Program-made: the position numbers and the translations under genes | In this document: one piece after another, positions 51,381-62,894 of the stretch | Position numbering within the stretch: position 1 is the first letter of the stretch | Layout: each line of letters starts with the position of its first letter | Notes under the pieces: model-generated | Database searches by the model: none | What the model was told of the DNA's origin: nothing | What the model saw: only the letters and a program-made list of their open reading frames with translations | Assembly: GCA_003990765.1 (NCBI GenBank) | Contig: RBNJ01000012.1 | Location: 1 to 64,000 of the forward strand | Origin: Jimgerdemannia flammicorona | Taxonomy: Eukaryota | DNA length: 64,000 nucleotides | Direction: 5' to 3'

Positions 51381-52699
51381 TCTTACTAAGTTCGGGCTCT
51401 CCTAAGGCTGAAGCTCCACTAGCAGAAAGCCTCCAAGCTCTAAGGTTGAGGTGTGGCCATCTGGCTCCAGTAGAGGGGTCTTGAAGGTAGTTAATTCCCC
51501 TTCTTCCTATAGGGTCAAGGGCTTCCATGAAGTTGGTGGCATCTTCTGCCCATTCTTGGTGGGTTGAATGTCTGATAAGAGCTGGGATGTCTTCTCCCAA
51601 ATCGTAGATCTTGAGGATTCTTTTTCCGGGCTTCTTGGTCGGGCTTTTTCGAATCTGGCTTTTTTGGATCTGGTTTCGGTTATCTCCTTTCTTCAAAGTA
51701 TGCACTGCAACATCATAACTGAGGTGAATCTTCTGGTGTCTGCAGTCTCGGCAGTCAGGGTGTCTTCCATGGTTACAATATCCCATTGCTCAGAAATGGT
51801 ATTCCTGGCTGTTGATCTCTTGTTGTCTTGGAAATCAGTACCCATCTTGGTCATAGGTGGGTGGAAGAGTAGACAAGGGATATATTTCTATCTGGGTGAA
51901 GAAGCCTTATTCTCTAAATTGACTTTGTAACCTTGTGGTAACTTCTTGAAAAGTGGTTGACTGTACAAGTGTAGTTGGAGGTTCTGGTCTCTGGGGTCTC
52001 TGTCTTTCTTGTTGGTCCAACAGATGACATTGATAGCAGTAGTCTTAAGGAGAGTGGAAGATCATTTGGTGTGGACATCTTCTTAGCTAAAAAGCTTTCT
52101 CTTGGTGAGTTTCTTTCTTGGGAATAATGGTGATTGTACTGGGTCCTTCTTCTGTATTCCAAGGGTCATTGTCTTCAGGTGGTGTTCAATGAGGATCATC
52201 CCAAGGAATGAGTTCAGGGACTTCTTCTTCTTCTCCATATGCTTCTTGTTCAGAGACTTCTTGATCAGAAGTTTCTTCTTTCTTAGATGATTCTTGACCC
52301 CAAATTGCTTGTACTTCTGCAGCTTTGGTTGCAGGTGTTTCTGGAATATGTCTATATTTCTTCTTCTTCCTTCTGCATTCTGGGCAGGCTGTACCAGGCA
52401 ATTTCCTTATTCCCATAATCTTGGAGGAGTGCTCAGGACATTTGTGTCTCTTGAGGCAGGTAGAGCATCCTTTGGCTTTTCCTGTAATAGCTCCAATAGT
52501 GATAGAGATGGTGTTCTTGGCCCACACATTATCTTCTGGTCTGTTATCCACCAGATTGATTCGGGGATTGAGTCTGGGATCAGTTCCATCTTCAGATTCT
52601 TCTTCTTCTTCTATAGTGGACTCTTCGCTACTGGCATATTCTTCCTGAATAGTGATCTTTTTCTTCTTCTTTGATTGCTTATAGCTAGTCACCTTAACT

Positions 52700-53060
52700 C
52701 TGTACTTCTTGCCTCAGTAGTCAAACTTGAGTACTTGTTGGCCAATGTAAACAACTGCATTCATTTCCTTCATCCAGTGCCAAGAATCATATCATAGGTG
52801 ACAGCTTTGGTGATAACAGCTTTGGAGATAGAGAACTGAATGTGTCTAAGGGAGATGGTGATATTTCATACTTCTCCAAGGGGTTGAGTTCGGGCTCTAT
52901 CTGCTACTATGATGCTGAGATTGGATGGTCCATCAATGGGCCATTGGAGGGTGTCCAATAATCGTTTGGCAATGACACAGACAGCTGCTCTTGTGTCTTT
53001 GAGGATTTTCACTTTTTGTCCTCCAATATCTCCATGCAGGTAGGTGCTGACATGTCTTTT
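52700..53060 (-). pseudogene. Retropepsin aspartic protease
   Basis: IGGQKVKILKDTRAAVCVI (DTGA mutated); ADR...PLGEV; ILGTG-like C-terminal motif. Confidence 0.85.
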
Positions 53061-53199
53061 AGCTGCTTGAACAGGGATAGGAGCTGATTCTCGCTGTGGG
53101 ATTGAAACTTGGCCAGTGCTAGACCTAGTGGTTCTCAGCAATTTGTTTTGGACCCCAGCTGGTATTAGTTGCAAGAACTACAGGAGAGGGACTTCCATC

Positions 53200-55000
53200 T
53201 TGGCTTCTTGAATCTTCTGCCAGACTTCATTGTAAATGTCTCTAGGCATAGTCTTCAGAGTGTACTTCTTCTTAGGCTTTGGAGCAGCAGGTTCCTGTTC
53301 TTCTTATTCCATTTCTTCATCTTCTGGTGGCAGTTCATTTGTCTCGGGAAGGGGGTTCAGGGAGGTGTTTCAACTTGTTCCTCCTCATGTTCTTCATCCT
53401 CTTTTTGGATAATTCTTCTGCTGATGTTTCTGGATGGTCTTCCTACAGGTCTCTTTCTTTTCTCTGCTGGATAAACTGTTTTCTGGGTTGTAACCTTAGT
53501 GGGGTACAAGTTTAGGTCACTGTAGTCTTCACTATTGCTTGTTTCTTCGAAATCTTCAACAGGATGGGCTTCAGTCTTCTTGTACTGAGTGTCATTCCTT
53601 CAGTTTGCTGGTTCTGAGTCCCTTCAGTCACTTCTTTTGTTGTCACATTCAGTGGCATAGTGTCTGAATTGTTCACAGTGGAAGCATTGGACTTGGGCTC
53701 TGTCTCAGACAGAGTACCTTCTTTCTTCTTGCTGGTAATTCCTGTTATCTCTTGGTGAATATCCTTGGCTCCTCTGTGGTGGGTACCCTCTGTTGTTTTG
53801 GTAGTCCCAATTTTCACATGTAGTGAGTTTTTCAAACTGTCTAACCAATCGGTCTAACTTGGAGCTGAGGTCTTGGATTTCACTTCTGTTCTTCTTTCCT
53901 TCCTTGACTGGCCTTCTTTCTTCTGATCTTTCTTGTCCTTGAAGGAGTCCTTGTAGGGCTTTGACCAGGATATCTTCTTTATCTTCCTTCTTATCATGAT
54001 CACTCCAGGTAGTTCCTTGTCTGATATCAAAGAATTCTTGGGCTGCATCTACTTGCTCTTCAGACCTTCTGATGTCTAGGGTGCAGACATGCTGGGCAAT
54101 ATTTGGAGGAATTCCATTCATGAAGGTCATTGGACCTATGATGTCTTAGTTGGTGGCATTGAACCTAGCAGAATGCATTCTCTTCTGGATTCTTATAAAG
54201 AAGGCTCTGGGTGATTCTCCAAGATTCATCTTCATTCCCATGATGGATTCCTGGGCCTTGTAGTGAGTTTCATTTCCTGCATATTTTTCAATGAGCCAGT
54301 GGACCATGGCTTCATATTCTAGCTCATCAGATATTGCTGCTTGTATTTGTCTTGCTAGTTCGGAATCTTGGTTGTTTGCTGTTTGATGGAAAATTCCTCT
54401 GGCTGGTTCTCTGAGCTGAGCTTTATAGATGGTGATTTTTCTTTCATCTGAGAGATTTCTCAAGGCTGCAATTCCTTCAATTCCATCAAGGAATTCTCTG
54501 AGATCTTCCTCCAGGTATCCTGCAAATGTTGGCAATAAGGTAGCCATTTCATTGTCACTTTCTTCTAATTCTGGTTCAAGTTCGGATTCTGATTCTGATT
54601 CACTTTCTGAACTGTCACTAGAGATGGAGATGCTTGGGTATCCTGAGGATGGTGTTCTGGATCTTGGACAAAGTGGAATAGGCCTAGGTATTCTTGTAGG
54701 AGCTACTTCTGGTTCTGCAAGGGGTTGTGGTAGGGGTTCAGTTGGTGAGATTGGTGAGACTGGTGTAGGGTGTCTGGCTGTAAGGTATTGAGTCCATATA
54801 ATAAGATCTTCTAGTTCTTGTGTGAGTTCTCCAAAATCTCTAGCAGGGCTGCCTGTATTGTCTGGTTAATCTGGTTGGGGATTTTGGGCAGTACTGCCTT
54901 CTGGTTCTGGTTGGGATCCTTCTGATGCTGGGTAATTGGTAAGTCTTGAAGTGATTACTTCTCTTCCTGTCCAGATGCTGGTGATAACTGGTTCTCCTGT
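53200..55000 (-). pseudogene. gag: Gypsy gag with CCHC zinc knuckle
   Basis: LPTFAG..EEDLREFL capsid-like start at 54547; QCFHCEQFRHYATEC at ~53645-53690; 5' limit approximate. Confidence 0.85.
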
Positions 55001-55085
55001 AGTAGCAGAGATTGGTATTATATCAAATGTATCCAGTTTGACTGTGGGTTCTTGTGAGCTGAAAAGTTACATCAATTTGAAATCT

Positions 55086-55102
55086 TCCCAGTTGAGCCCC
55101 CA
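55086..55102 (-). promoter_or_regulatory. Primer-binding site, tRNA-Pro type
   Basis: Minus strand TGGGGGCTCAACTGGGA, 2 nt from the 5' LTR; resembles the canonical tRNA-Pro PBS TGGGGGCTCGTCCGGGAT. Confidence 0.75.
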
Positions 55103-55104
55103 AA

Positions 55105-56550
55105 TGTAATGTGCCCAGCTCAATGGAGGTAAATTACAAGGTTGGGGGTTGATGTAGTTTGGCTTGAGCCCCCAGTTACTTTGTCAAAAAGTAACAAAAT
55201 GTTCTAAGATTCCTGAGGTTCTTGGTGTTTAGTAATATAATAGTCAAGATCTGAATATCTGCAAGTAGTTTCCTTATTGGGACGGTTCACTGGGTGTAGC
55301 AGTGATTCATGTCTTTCCTTCTTGGGTCAACTGGGAATGGCAGAATTTGTATATAGCATGAGCAGTTTCCTTCTTGAGTAGCGGGTGATTTCTGTATAGT
55401 GCGACAATCTCATGCATGATAGTCTGGCAATTTAGCAGTTCTCCTTATGTGGGATGTTCTGATAATTTGGTGGATAACTTGATTTGGCTCACTGGGAATA
55501 TTATGGTGTGGATTCTTTGAATCGAGCTCACTGGGAACAAACTGATAACTCAGATATTGCAGGTTTTCTGGGAATGTAGATGACTTGAAAACAGTGGATG
55601 ATGCAGATTCTCCTGAATCGGCAGACTTCTTGAAAAAAAGGCAGCTTCAACTGGGAGTAACTCAGATGGCATGAGTTCTTCCGGTTTGGACTCTTCTGGG
55701 AATGCAAACAACTGGCGGTGTTCTTTAGGAAAGAGTTTCTTGGCAAAGTTATATCAAAGACTGACTTCATTTGTATGGGGTTACATCATAGACTAGCTCC
55801 ACTGTGAAGTTGTATCAGAAAGACTGGCTTGTGGTAAGAAAGGTAGGTTCTCTGAGAATGTGGTGAATAACTTGAAAATGATGGATAATGCAGATTCTTC
55901 CTGAATCAGCAAAGTTCTTGAAAACAGTGGCTTATTCCTTAAGTGGCAGATTACTCAAAAGGCAGCGAAGTTCTTCCTTGAACTTGGTGGCAAATTGGCT
56001 TTATATCAGAAAGTAGACCAGAGTGGAAAGAGGACCAATGCTCAATCTTTAGAGGCTTCTTTGGTGTTTGTATTTCGGACTCATTTTTTGTATTGGAAAG
56101 TGGACCAGAGTGGGGAAATAAGCTCACAATCTCCTAGCAGTGGCTATAGAGTTCCTCTCAAAGTATGGTAGGCAGACTTGTCTTTTGCTTCAATTTTGGA
56201 CTCATTCTTTGTATTGGAAAGTGAACTGGAGTTGAAATGTGTTCTGAATTTCAGACTGAGGTTTATTCACTCTTGTCTCTGGGGTAATTTATACATTGTA
56301 GTTGCTATCTGGTTGCTACCTGACTAACTATAGAGTGCTATTTATAGAGTGACATTCACTATCAGGGTGACAGCCACTGTCAGAGTGACAGCCACTGTCA
56401 GGGTGACAGCCACTGTTCACATTATTTCCTTCTTTGGCTATCTGGTTATTTATATATCTTTCACAGCAATGGTTACTGGTTACTATGCTGTACTAATGTT
56501 CATATCACCTGATCAGGTTTCAAGATTGCTACATCTTATGATTTGTCACA
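55105..56550 (-). repeat. 5' LTR (1446 bp)
   Basis: Direct repeat of 46034-47541, shorter by one 18-bp unit and a 44-bp indel. Confidence 0.95.
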
Positions 56551-57819
56551 GTAGTATAATTGTTAAATCTAGATATCTATAAGTAATTCAGACAGATTTC
56601 GTAATTGAGACAGTTCTTTGATATATAGATAATTTATATATAGTATGAATAGATTTTTTTATGTAATTTTATAGTAATTTCTATATAGCATGAGCTGGTT
56701 TCCTTATACAATTTCTATATAATGATCTCTGTATAGCATAACAATCTCAATTTTTGTATGATGATATTGGTGATCTGAAATAATATGGCAAATTTGTCAT
56801 TTTTCTTAGTAAGTGATAGGTTGATAATTAGTAGACTATTTGGAAAATATGGATTTTTCAAAAATAGTAGATAACTTAATTAGTGAATAACTCAGATAAC
56901 TCAGATAGTGTGGAATCTTCTAAATTAGCAGACTTCTTAAATAATAATTCAGATGATACAGATTCTTCTAAATTGGCAGGCTTCTTTTCTTAATAAAGTT
57001 ATATCAAAGACTACTTTATTTGGACAAGATTATATTGAGAAACTGGCTTTACTATAAAGGTGTATCTTATATTAAACTGGCTTTGTGGTAAGATATAGAC
57101 AGACTTATTAAATAGCAGCTCTTTCTTAAGTAGCAAAGTTCTTCACTTAAACTTTTGGTAGTAAATCTCAGACTTTATATTGAAAAGTAGACTGGAGTAG
57201 AAATAGAGCAAAGCTTGCAACTTCTCAGCAGTAGCTCATTGGTAGGTTTTTTCTCTAAAGTATATTAGATAATTGGCTTTTATTTTGATTTTGGACTGAG
57301 GTTTTATTTACTCTTATCTCTGAGATATTTATATAAGTTGATTGCTATATAGTTACTATATATATAGCTAACTATAGGTTTGCTAATTAGGGGCAGATAT
57401 TTACTATCCAGTAGATATTTACTATCTAGTAGATATTTATTGTCTGGCAGACATTTACTATCTAGTAGACATCTACTGTCTAGTAGATATTTACAATCTG
57501 GTAGATATTTACTATCTCTTTCTCTTTTTGACTATCTGGTTATTTATATAATTTTCATAGTAATAAGATAACTATGGTATTTATATTATCTAGTTATACT
57601 ATACTGTTTCATACTTCACAATATCTATCTCTTACTTTAAATTGATAATCTTTTGAACTAATTACAAAATATATACTAGATACTTTAATAGTATAGACCT
57701 TTTTGCAGAATTCTATAAGATATCTATAGACTCTAAGAATATTCAAAAGACAGTCTTTCTCACTTTAAGAAACTATTTGAATATCTCTAAATACTCTTTA
57801 AACTCTATAATATACTGCT

Positions 57820-58171
57820 TAGTCCTCCTAAATAAATCAAATCAATTCAAATCAAATTGAATTGGAGATTTTTCAATTCAAATCAAGTTTAAATCAAATC
57901 AAATTCAAATCAAATCGAGGGTCTGATTTAAACCTTATTTTTAGAAATATAATAACTTAACTAAAATACATCCAAATATAACAATCTTTAGCTTGTTAGA
58001 TTTTTCTTATAAGGAGAAATCTAACAAGCTAAAGATCATTAAATTTGAACATGTTTTTGTCAAGTTATTATATTTTCAAAAATAGAGTTTGAATTGAATC
58101 TCAAATCAAATTATACCTTTGATTTGATTTGAATTGAATTAAATTGGACCTTTGATTCATTGAGAGTACTA
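57820..58171. mobile_element. hAT-like MITE related to 42395-42950
   Basis: TIR tagtcctcc..aatcaa / ttgattcattgagagtacta; degenerate 8-bp TSD atactgct / atactacc; subterminal aatca/aattc repeats; interrupts RT. Confidence 0.75.
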
Positions 58172-58681
58172 ATACTACCAATATCTAGAGGATAATGAAC
58201 TCAGTCTATGTTATATTGATTTACTACTATCTAATTATCTATATAGATGATTTTAATATCTATCAGCAAATTTTGAGAAATACTTGTTAAATCTAAAAGA
58301 GTTTTTTTGACTTATCAGAAAGAACCACCTGAGACTCAATATCAAGAAATACTATTTTGAAAATCTGAAACTCAAATTTCTCAGATTTATAATTTCTAAA
58401 AAAGGAACTTATATAGACTTAAAAAAAAAACAAAAGAGATCAACAACTGGCCAATATTTAAGATCTCTAAGAAACTACTATTTTTTTTAATACTAATATT
58501 TTACCATAGAGGATTTATTAGAAATTTTTCCAAAACCTCTACACTGATCTGAATCCTACTTAAAAAAGAAGTACTATATAAATAAAAGAAATTATAAGAG
58601 TAAGTCTTTAAGAAACTTATATACTATATAACTATAGTACTAGTTCTTATATAATCTAATTTTCAAAAGTCATTCATATAT

Positions 58682-60176
58682 TGTAATGGTGACCTCAGAA
58701 TGATGACATCAGTACAGAAGACAGCCTTTCCTTATAAGTCACCAGATCAGAGCATGAGAAGATCATACAGTATATGAGATGAGTAATGATGACCAACTGT
58801 GAGTCATTGTAACCACAGTTCAGATATCTTGAGAAATATAAAAGAAGGCTCAAGGAATCACAGTAGCAGTAACCAATAAGACCCATCAATCCCAAAATAG
58901 CTCAAAGACTTACCACAAACAAAATGCCTGCTGCTTACCAAACCTCAAGGTCAAGGAACTACTGAGGCATCTCAGTTGAAGAAAGGATGTTCCAAGACAT
59001 CAGAAGAGCCATGAGGACCTGCTCAAGAAGGACTCCTAGTGTCAACCTGGATACTACAGATCCTTATTATTATATTCTCTACTATCATAAAATAGAAACA
59101 AGAATCACCATTGCTACTGAATGCCTCCAAATGTGGTAGGAGTATGAAATAGGAAATCTCCTCTACTGAGAGTTCCCACAGGCCAGCTCTCAAGAGCTAC
59201 AAGATGTCACTCCCATAGATATATATGAGGCAAGGATGGCTAAGAAGATCCATCAGATCTTCAGGCATGCACCATAGTCTATCCCCAACTTGGAGTATAT
59301 TAGAGTCTCAGACTTCAGAGACCTGTCATCCCACTATATCAATGCACTAGAAATCAGGGTGGCTATAGAAGCCCAATCCACTATCACCCTCAATAGTGAT
59401 GAAGTAGAAAACTTCTAGCATCTCATCTTTCAAGACAACTCAGATCAATTCCTGTAAGGATTGATCTCAGTATTTCAAGGCCCAAGCATCCAGGTTAGAT
59501 CTCCCCAAGACCTCATATTTGTTTCCTATTTTGTAGAAGAGAATCTCATAGATTGGAGAGCCCCTGATTTCCCTGCCACTAAACATGATGATGTCATTGG
59601 TAATGACATCATTCCACATGACATACATGAGATATGCAACATATATGAAGTATGCAAAACATGAGACCTATGCAACAATAATGAATTCACAGACCTCATC
59701 TCCTTCGAAGACATTCTGACCTCTGATGATGAAGCCTCTATAGTCTTGAACATTCTGCTCTAAGTCCCTTGGTTATACTGAATAATGCCAGCATTCTGAA
59801 CCTGTACAACCATCAGTGCCAACTCTGGAACTTAGCAGTTTTTCCTATCCTGGCATTTTATTTTAGTTATTGAAATTTATATTTAGCTTTATATCTAAGC
59901 AACCATTGAATTATATTTTGTATAAATACCCCTCTTATTTCCTTTGAAATAAAGTCAGTCCATTCAGTCCATTTAGTTCTGGTTCACTTATACACACTTC
60001 CTTGCAAGCAATCTAAGAGATAATAAGACAGTTTAAAGATAAGAAGTTTGAGAACTATAAGATCTTAGGAAGGCACTCAAATAAGAACTTGCTTATAATA
60101 AACTTGAGTTAGTCTAAGAGATACACCTTGAAGAGAATCTGGTGTATTTGAAGAACTCAGCAACCACTACATGACA
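58682..60176 (+). mobile_element. Solo LTR (1495 bp) containing a long degenerate ORF
   Basis: TGTAAT...ATGACA termini; 4-bp TSD ATAT; TATAAA ~59922 and AATAAA ~59948; inserted in the FILYTDAS codons of the host RNase H. Confidence 0.85.
58924..59763 (+). pseudogene. ~279-aa ORF inside the solo LTR, homologous to the Gypsy accessory ORFs
   Basis: A single frame with only transition-type stops; W*EYEIGNLLY...ARMAKKIHQIFRH...acidic C-terminus. Confidence 0.72.
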
Positions 60177-62419
60177 ATATATAGATATCTTTAAGAATAG
60201 TCTCAGAGCTGTCCTAGCTCAAGAAGAACCTGACTGATAATACTATATGATAACTTATCTAAACTGAGCTACTAATAAGTAGTAAGTCAATTATAGTAAT
60301 ACTAAATTAGAATATCTTATAGTTATATAGACAGTTATCTTATTTAAGTACTATCTTATCAGAAAAATATTCACTCTAATAACTGGTCATACTAATTATA
60401 AATAGTTATTTCACTATTAGGACTTTATTGAATTTTTTGCTCACTGGATCCTAATTCTGTAAGATTATAAAATTACTATTATTTATAATGCAAAAAAGGC
60501 TCACAACAATATTGATATATTTTTTTATATAACTTAATAAATCAGAAGAAAAATATACTCAGAAACTATACTCTAAAGAAAGTTCTTATAACTATTAAAG
60601 AGCAGGAAGATCTCATCTGATAAAAATATTATAAAGTCTATTAAGGACAGATAAGTATAAAAGAAAAGCTACAAAAAATATACCAATACTAATCTCATCT
60701 TAGAATATATATAAATTAGAAATATTCTTAAGAGATATAATATCTATTAGAAGTATTAGAGAAAAAGAGTTACCAAATAGTCTGAGGCTTTTTCAATAGA
60801 AATTACAGATAACTCAACTTCTCCATAACCTCACTCTTAGATATAAATCTTCCAAAAAACTTATTTAAGATTATAGTATAGAATTTATTAATAAGTTGAT
60901 CATAACTTCTATATAATTTATAAGATCTATCTGAAAAGAACTATATTATACTATTTCCAAACCAATGATATAATAGAATGAATGATCCAAACCATTAAGA
61001 AAGAACTTACTTAAGTCAATCCTATCAACTGAAACCTCTTGAAATCTTATAGAAAATATAGAATATTTCTATTATCTTTATTAAATAAAAATATTTTAAG
61101 ATAATATTTGCTAAGAAAACTAGAACAACTGATTATAAGAATCTTAAAGAACTCTTAGAAAAGACTGAATAATTATAAAATAAAATCCAACCATAGATAA
61201 TTAAGATATAGAAATAATGAAAGAAGTTCTATAACTAGAAATAAAAAAATTATATAGAAAATCAAAATTAGAGATCAGAGGATCTCAGTATATATTAATT
61301 ATCTCAAGTTATACTTACTACTCATACAATAATTCAGAGGATTGATCAGTATCTCCAGACTCTTATTCTTAGCTCTCTTTAGACTTTATCAGTTTTCTTA
61401 TTCTAGTTCTGTAAAACTAATAGAAGCTATCTTCAATAGATTTAAATATATTAAAAAAACCTTACTCTGATATAATAGCTACTGCAAATTTACTAGCTAC
61501 AGGCTTATTATACTATTGGTGAACAACTATAATATCTCTCAGCTCTAGAATAGATCTATATTAAGAACATCACTAGCCTGATAAGAAAAAATACCACTGC
61601 TGCAGACAGACTCTATATAATTTATAAATAAAATATCATAGTACTAATGCTGATCTAGTTCTCTTTAAATAATATATAAAGAATAAACCTAGCTATCTAC
61701 CAGAGTATCATTAGCTATATTGAAGTCTAATTTCTAGAAGAAGAAGAACTTTTAGAATTAAGTAATCTAGATTAAAAGAAGATAATCATATAGATAATTA
61801 TATAGAAGATATCTATAGATATTAAAATGATAACTAAAGAATAGTTTAGGATAGACTATCCTTTAGTAAGGACTGATATGACAAACAAACACTATAGTAT
61901 AGCTAGTGTAACGTAGCGGACACTTACTCTTGAAAGTATGTCGGATTTCTGTATTTTGAAAACTTGACCGTTCTGACTCTCGCAGAGTCTCTTGAAGTTG
62001 CAGGGAAGGGTGGGTGAGTTCAAAGTGTATCTGCCCGCAGGCTTACTAGTTCCTTTGCTATCTCTTTGCTTTGAACTATTTCGATCTGAGGTTTATTCAC
62101 TCGAAGATACTGGGTTATTTATACAAGTTTGCTAGCTATGAGAGGGTGGCTAAGTAATAAATGAGTTATTTGGACTTTGTTGAAACATTTGGACAATGTC
62201 TAAATGCTATACTAAATCGGGGTATTCGATTTGGATAATGTCTAAAATTTAGACAATGTCTAAGAAATTAGACAATATTGAAATCGAGGACTGCTAACTA
62301 TAATGCTATACTACTTTGGGAATGGGTGTGATCAAGTGTCTGTTCCCTATTTCCTTCTTCCAAATCCGGCTGTACCATCACAACTTCCTCCTGAATGGAT
62401 GGTCTTGTCCCTGAGGCAT

Positions 62420-62881
62420 CTATTCAAACTCCCAGGCTTCAACGGTCTGTATGGTCTTGTACTGTGCGATTTGCTGCATAACTATTTCCCAATGATGTCT
62501 TCTCACTTTCTCGAAGTTGGTGGAGGTTACTCCTCTCAGGTGGTCTATCGCTGCTTCATCTTCTCAGAATAACTTGTGGATCCTTTTGGCAACAGTGATC
62601 TGTGAGTAGGAGAGTTGACACTCAGCAATCCAGTCCTCCTTGGTCTTTGCTGGATCCTGATTGAGCACCTGTCCAAGCTTGAAGTACTCTTGGAATTCTG
62701 CCCGATATTGATAGGCTCTAAAGTGTGAGATCCTTGAAAGATGAGTCTGCACAATACTCTGAATATTCTCATAGAATGGCTCTATGGTCGGAGGCTCGGT
62801 GGTGTGCCATTGTCTTTCGATGGCTCTTTGAGCAGCACTAGTGATCTTGAGTGTCATCGTGGTACTTTTGTTACTGGCCAT
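62420..62881 (-). CDS. Accessory ORF downstream of integrase (~153 aa if the single TGA at 62564-62566 was CGA)
   Basis: ORF 62564-62881 EYFKLGQVL...VAKRIHKLF continues in frame EDEAAIDHLRGVTSTNFEKV...EFE*. Confidence 0.7.
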
Positions 62882-62894
62882 GATATTTCTTGAG

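Larger units (their letters stand above)
46034..56550 (-). mobile_element. Full-length Ty3/Gypsy LTR retrotransposon encoding dUTPase and a 3' accessory ORF
   Basis: TG..CA LTRs 46034-47541 and 55105-56550; 4-bp TSD GTAG (46030-46033 / 56551-56554); PBS; gag-PR-dUTPase-RT-RH-IN order. Confidence 0.95.
39431..57620 (-). mobile_element. Older, heavily mutated relative of the dUTPase-Gypsy (internal 39431-45899; 5' LTR 45900-46033 + 56555-~57620), integrase end missing
   Basis: Colinear with 49100-55100 (RT ORF 39960-40316, dUTPase ~41260-41660, protease, gag); mutated PBS cagttgagcttttaaa at ~45884-45899; LTR split by the younger copy. Confidence 0.85.
57621..61906 (+). mobile_element. Heavily mutated RT-RH-IN-accessory ORF fragment of the dUTPase-Gypsy group, plus the first 30 bp of its 3' LTR (61877-61906)
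   Basis: Colinear with the reverse complement of ~47545-50200; ends gactatcctttagtaaggactga|tatgacaa. Confidence 0.82.

Noticed and set aside
23777-61906. 23777 and 61877 as the paired LTRs of one 38-kb element
   Set aside because: Only ~30 bp can be compared, the adjoining internal regions look like different Gypsy families, and related LTRs here share similar starts; cannot be established from this window
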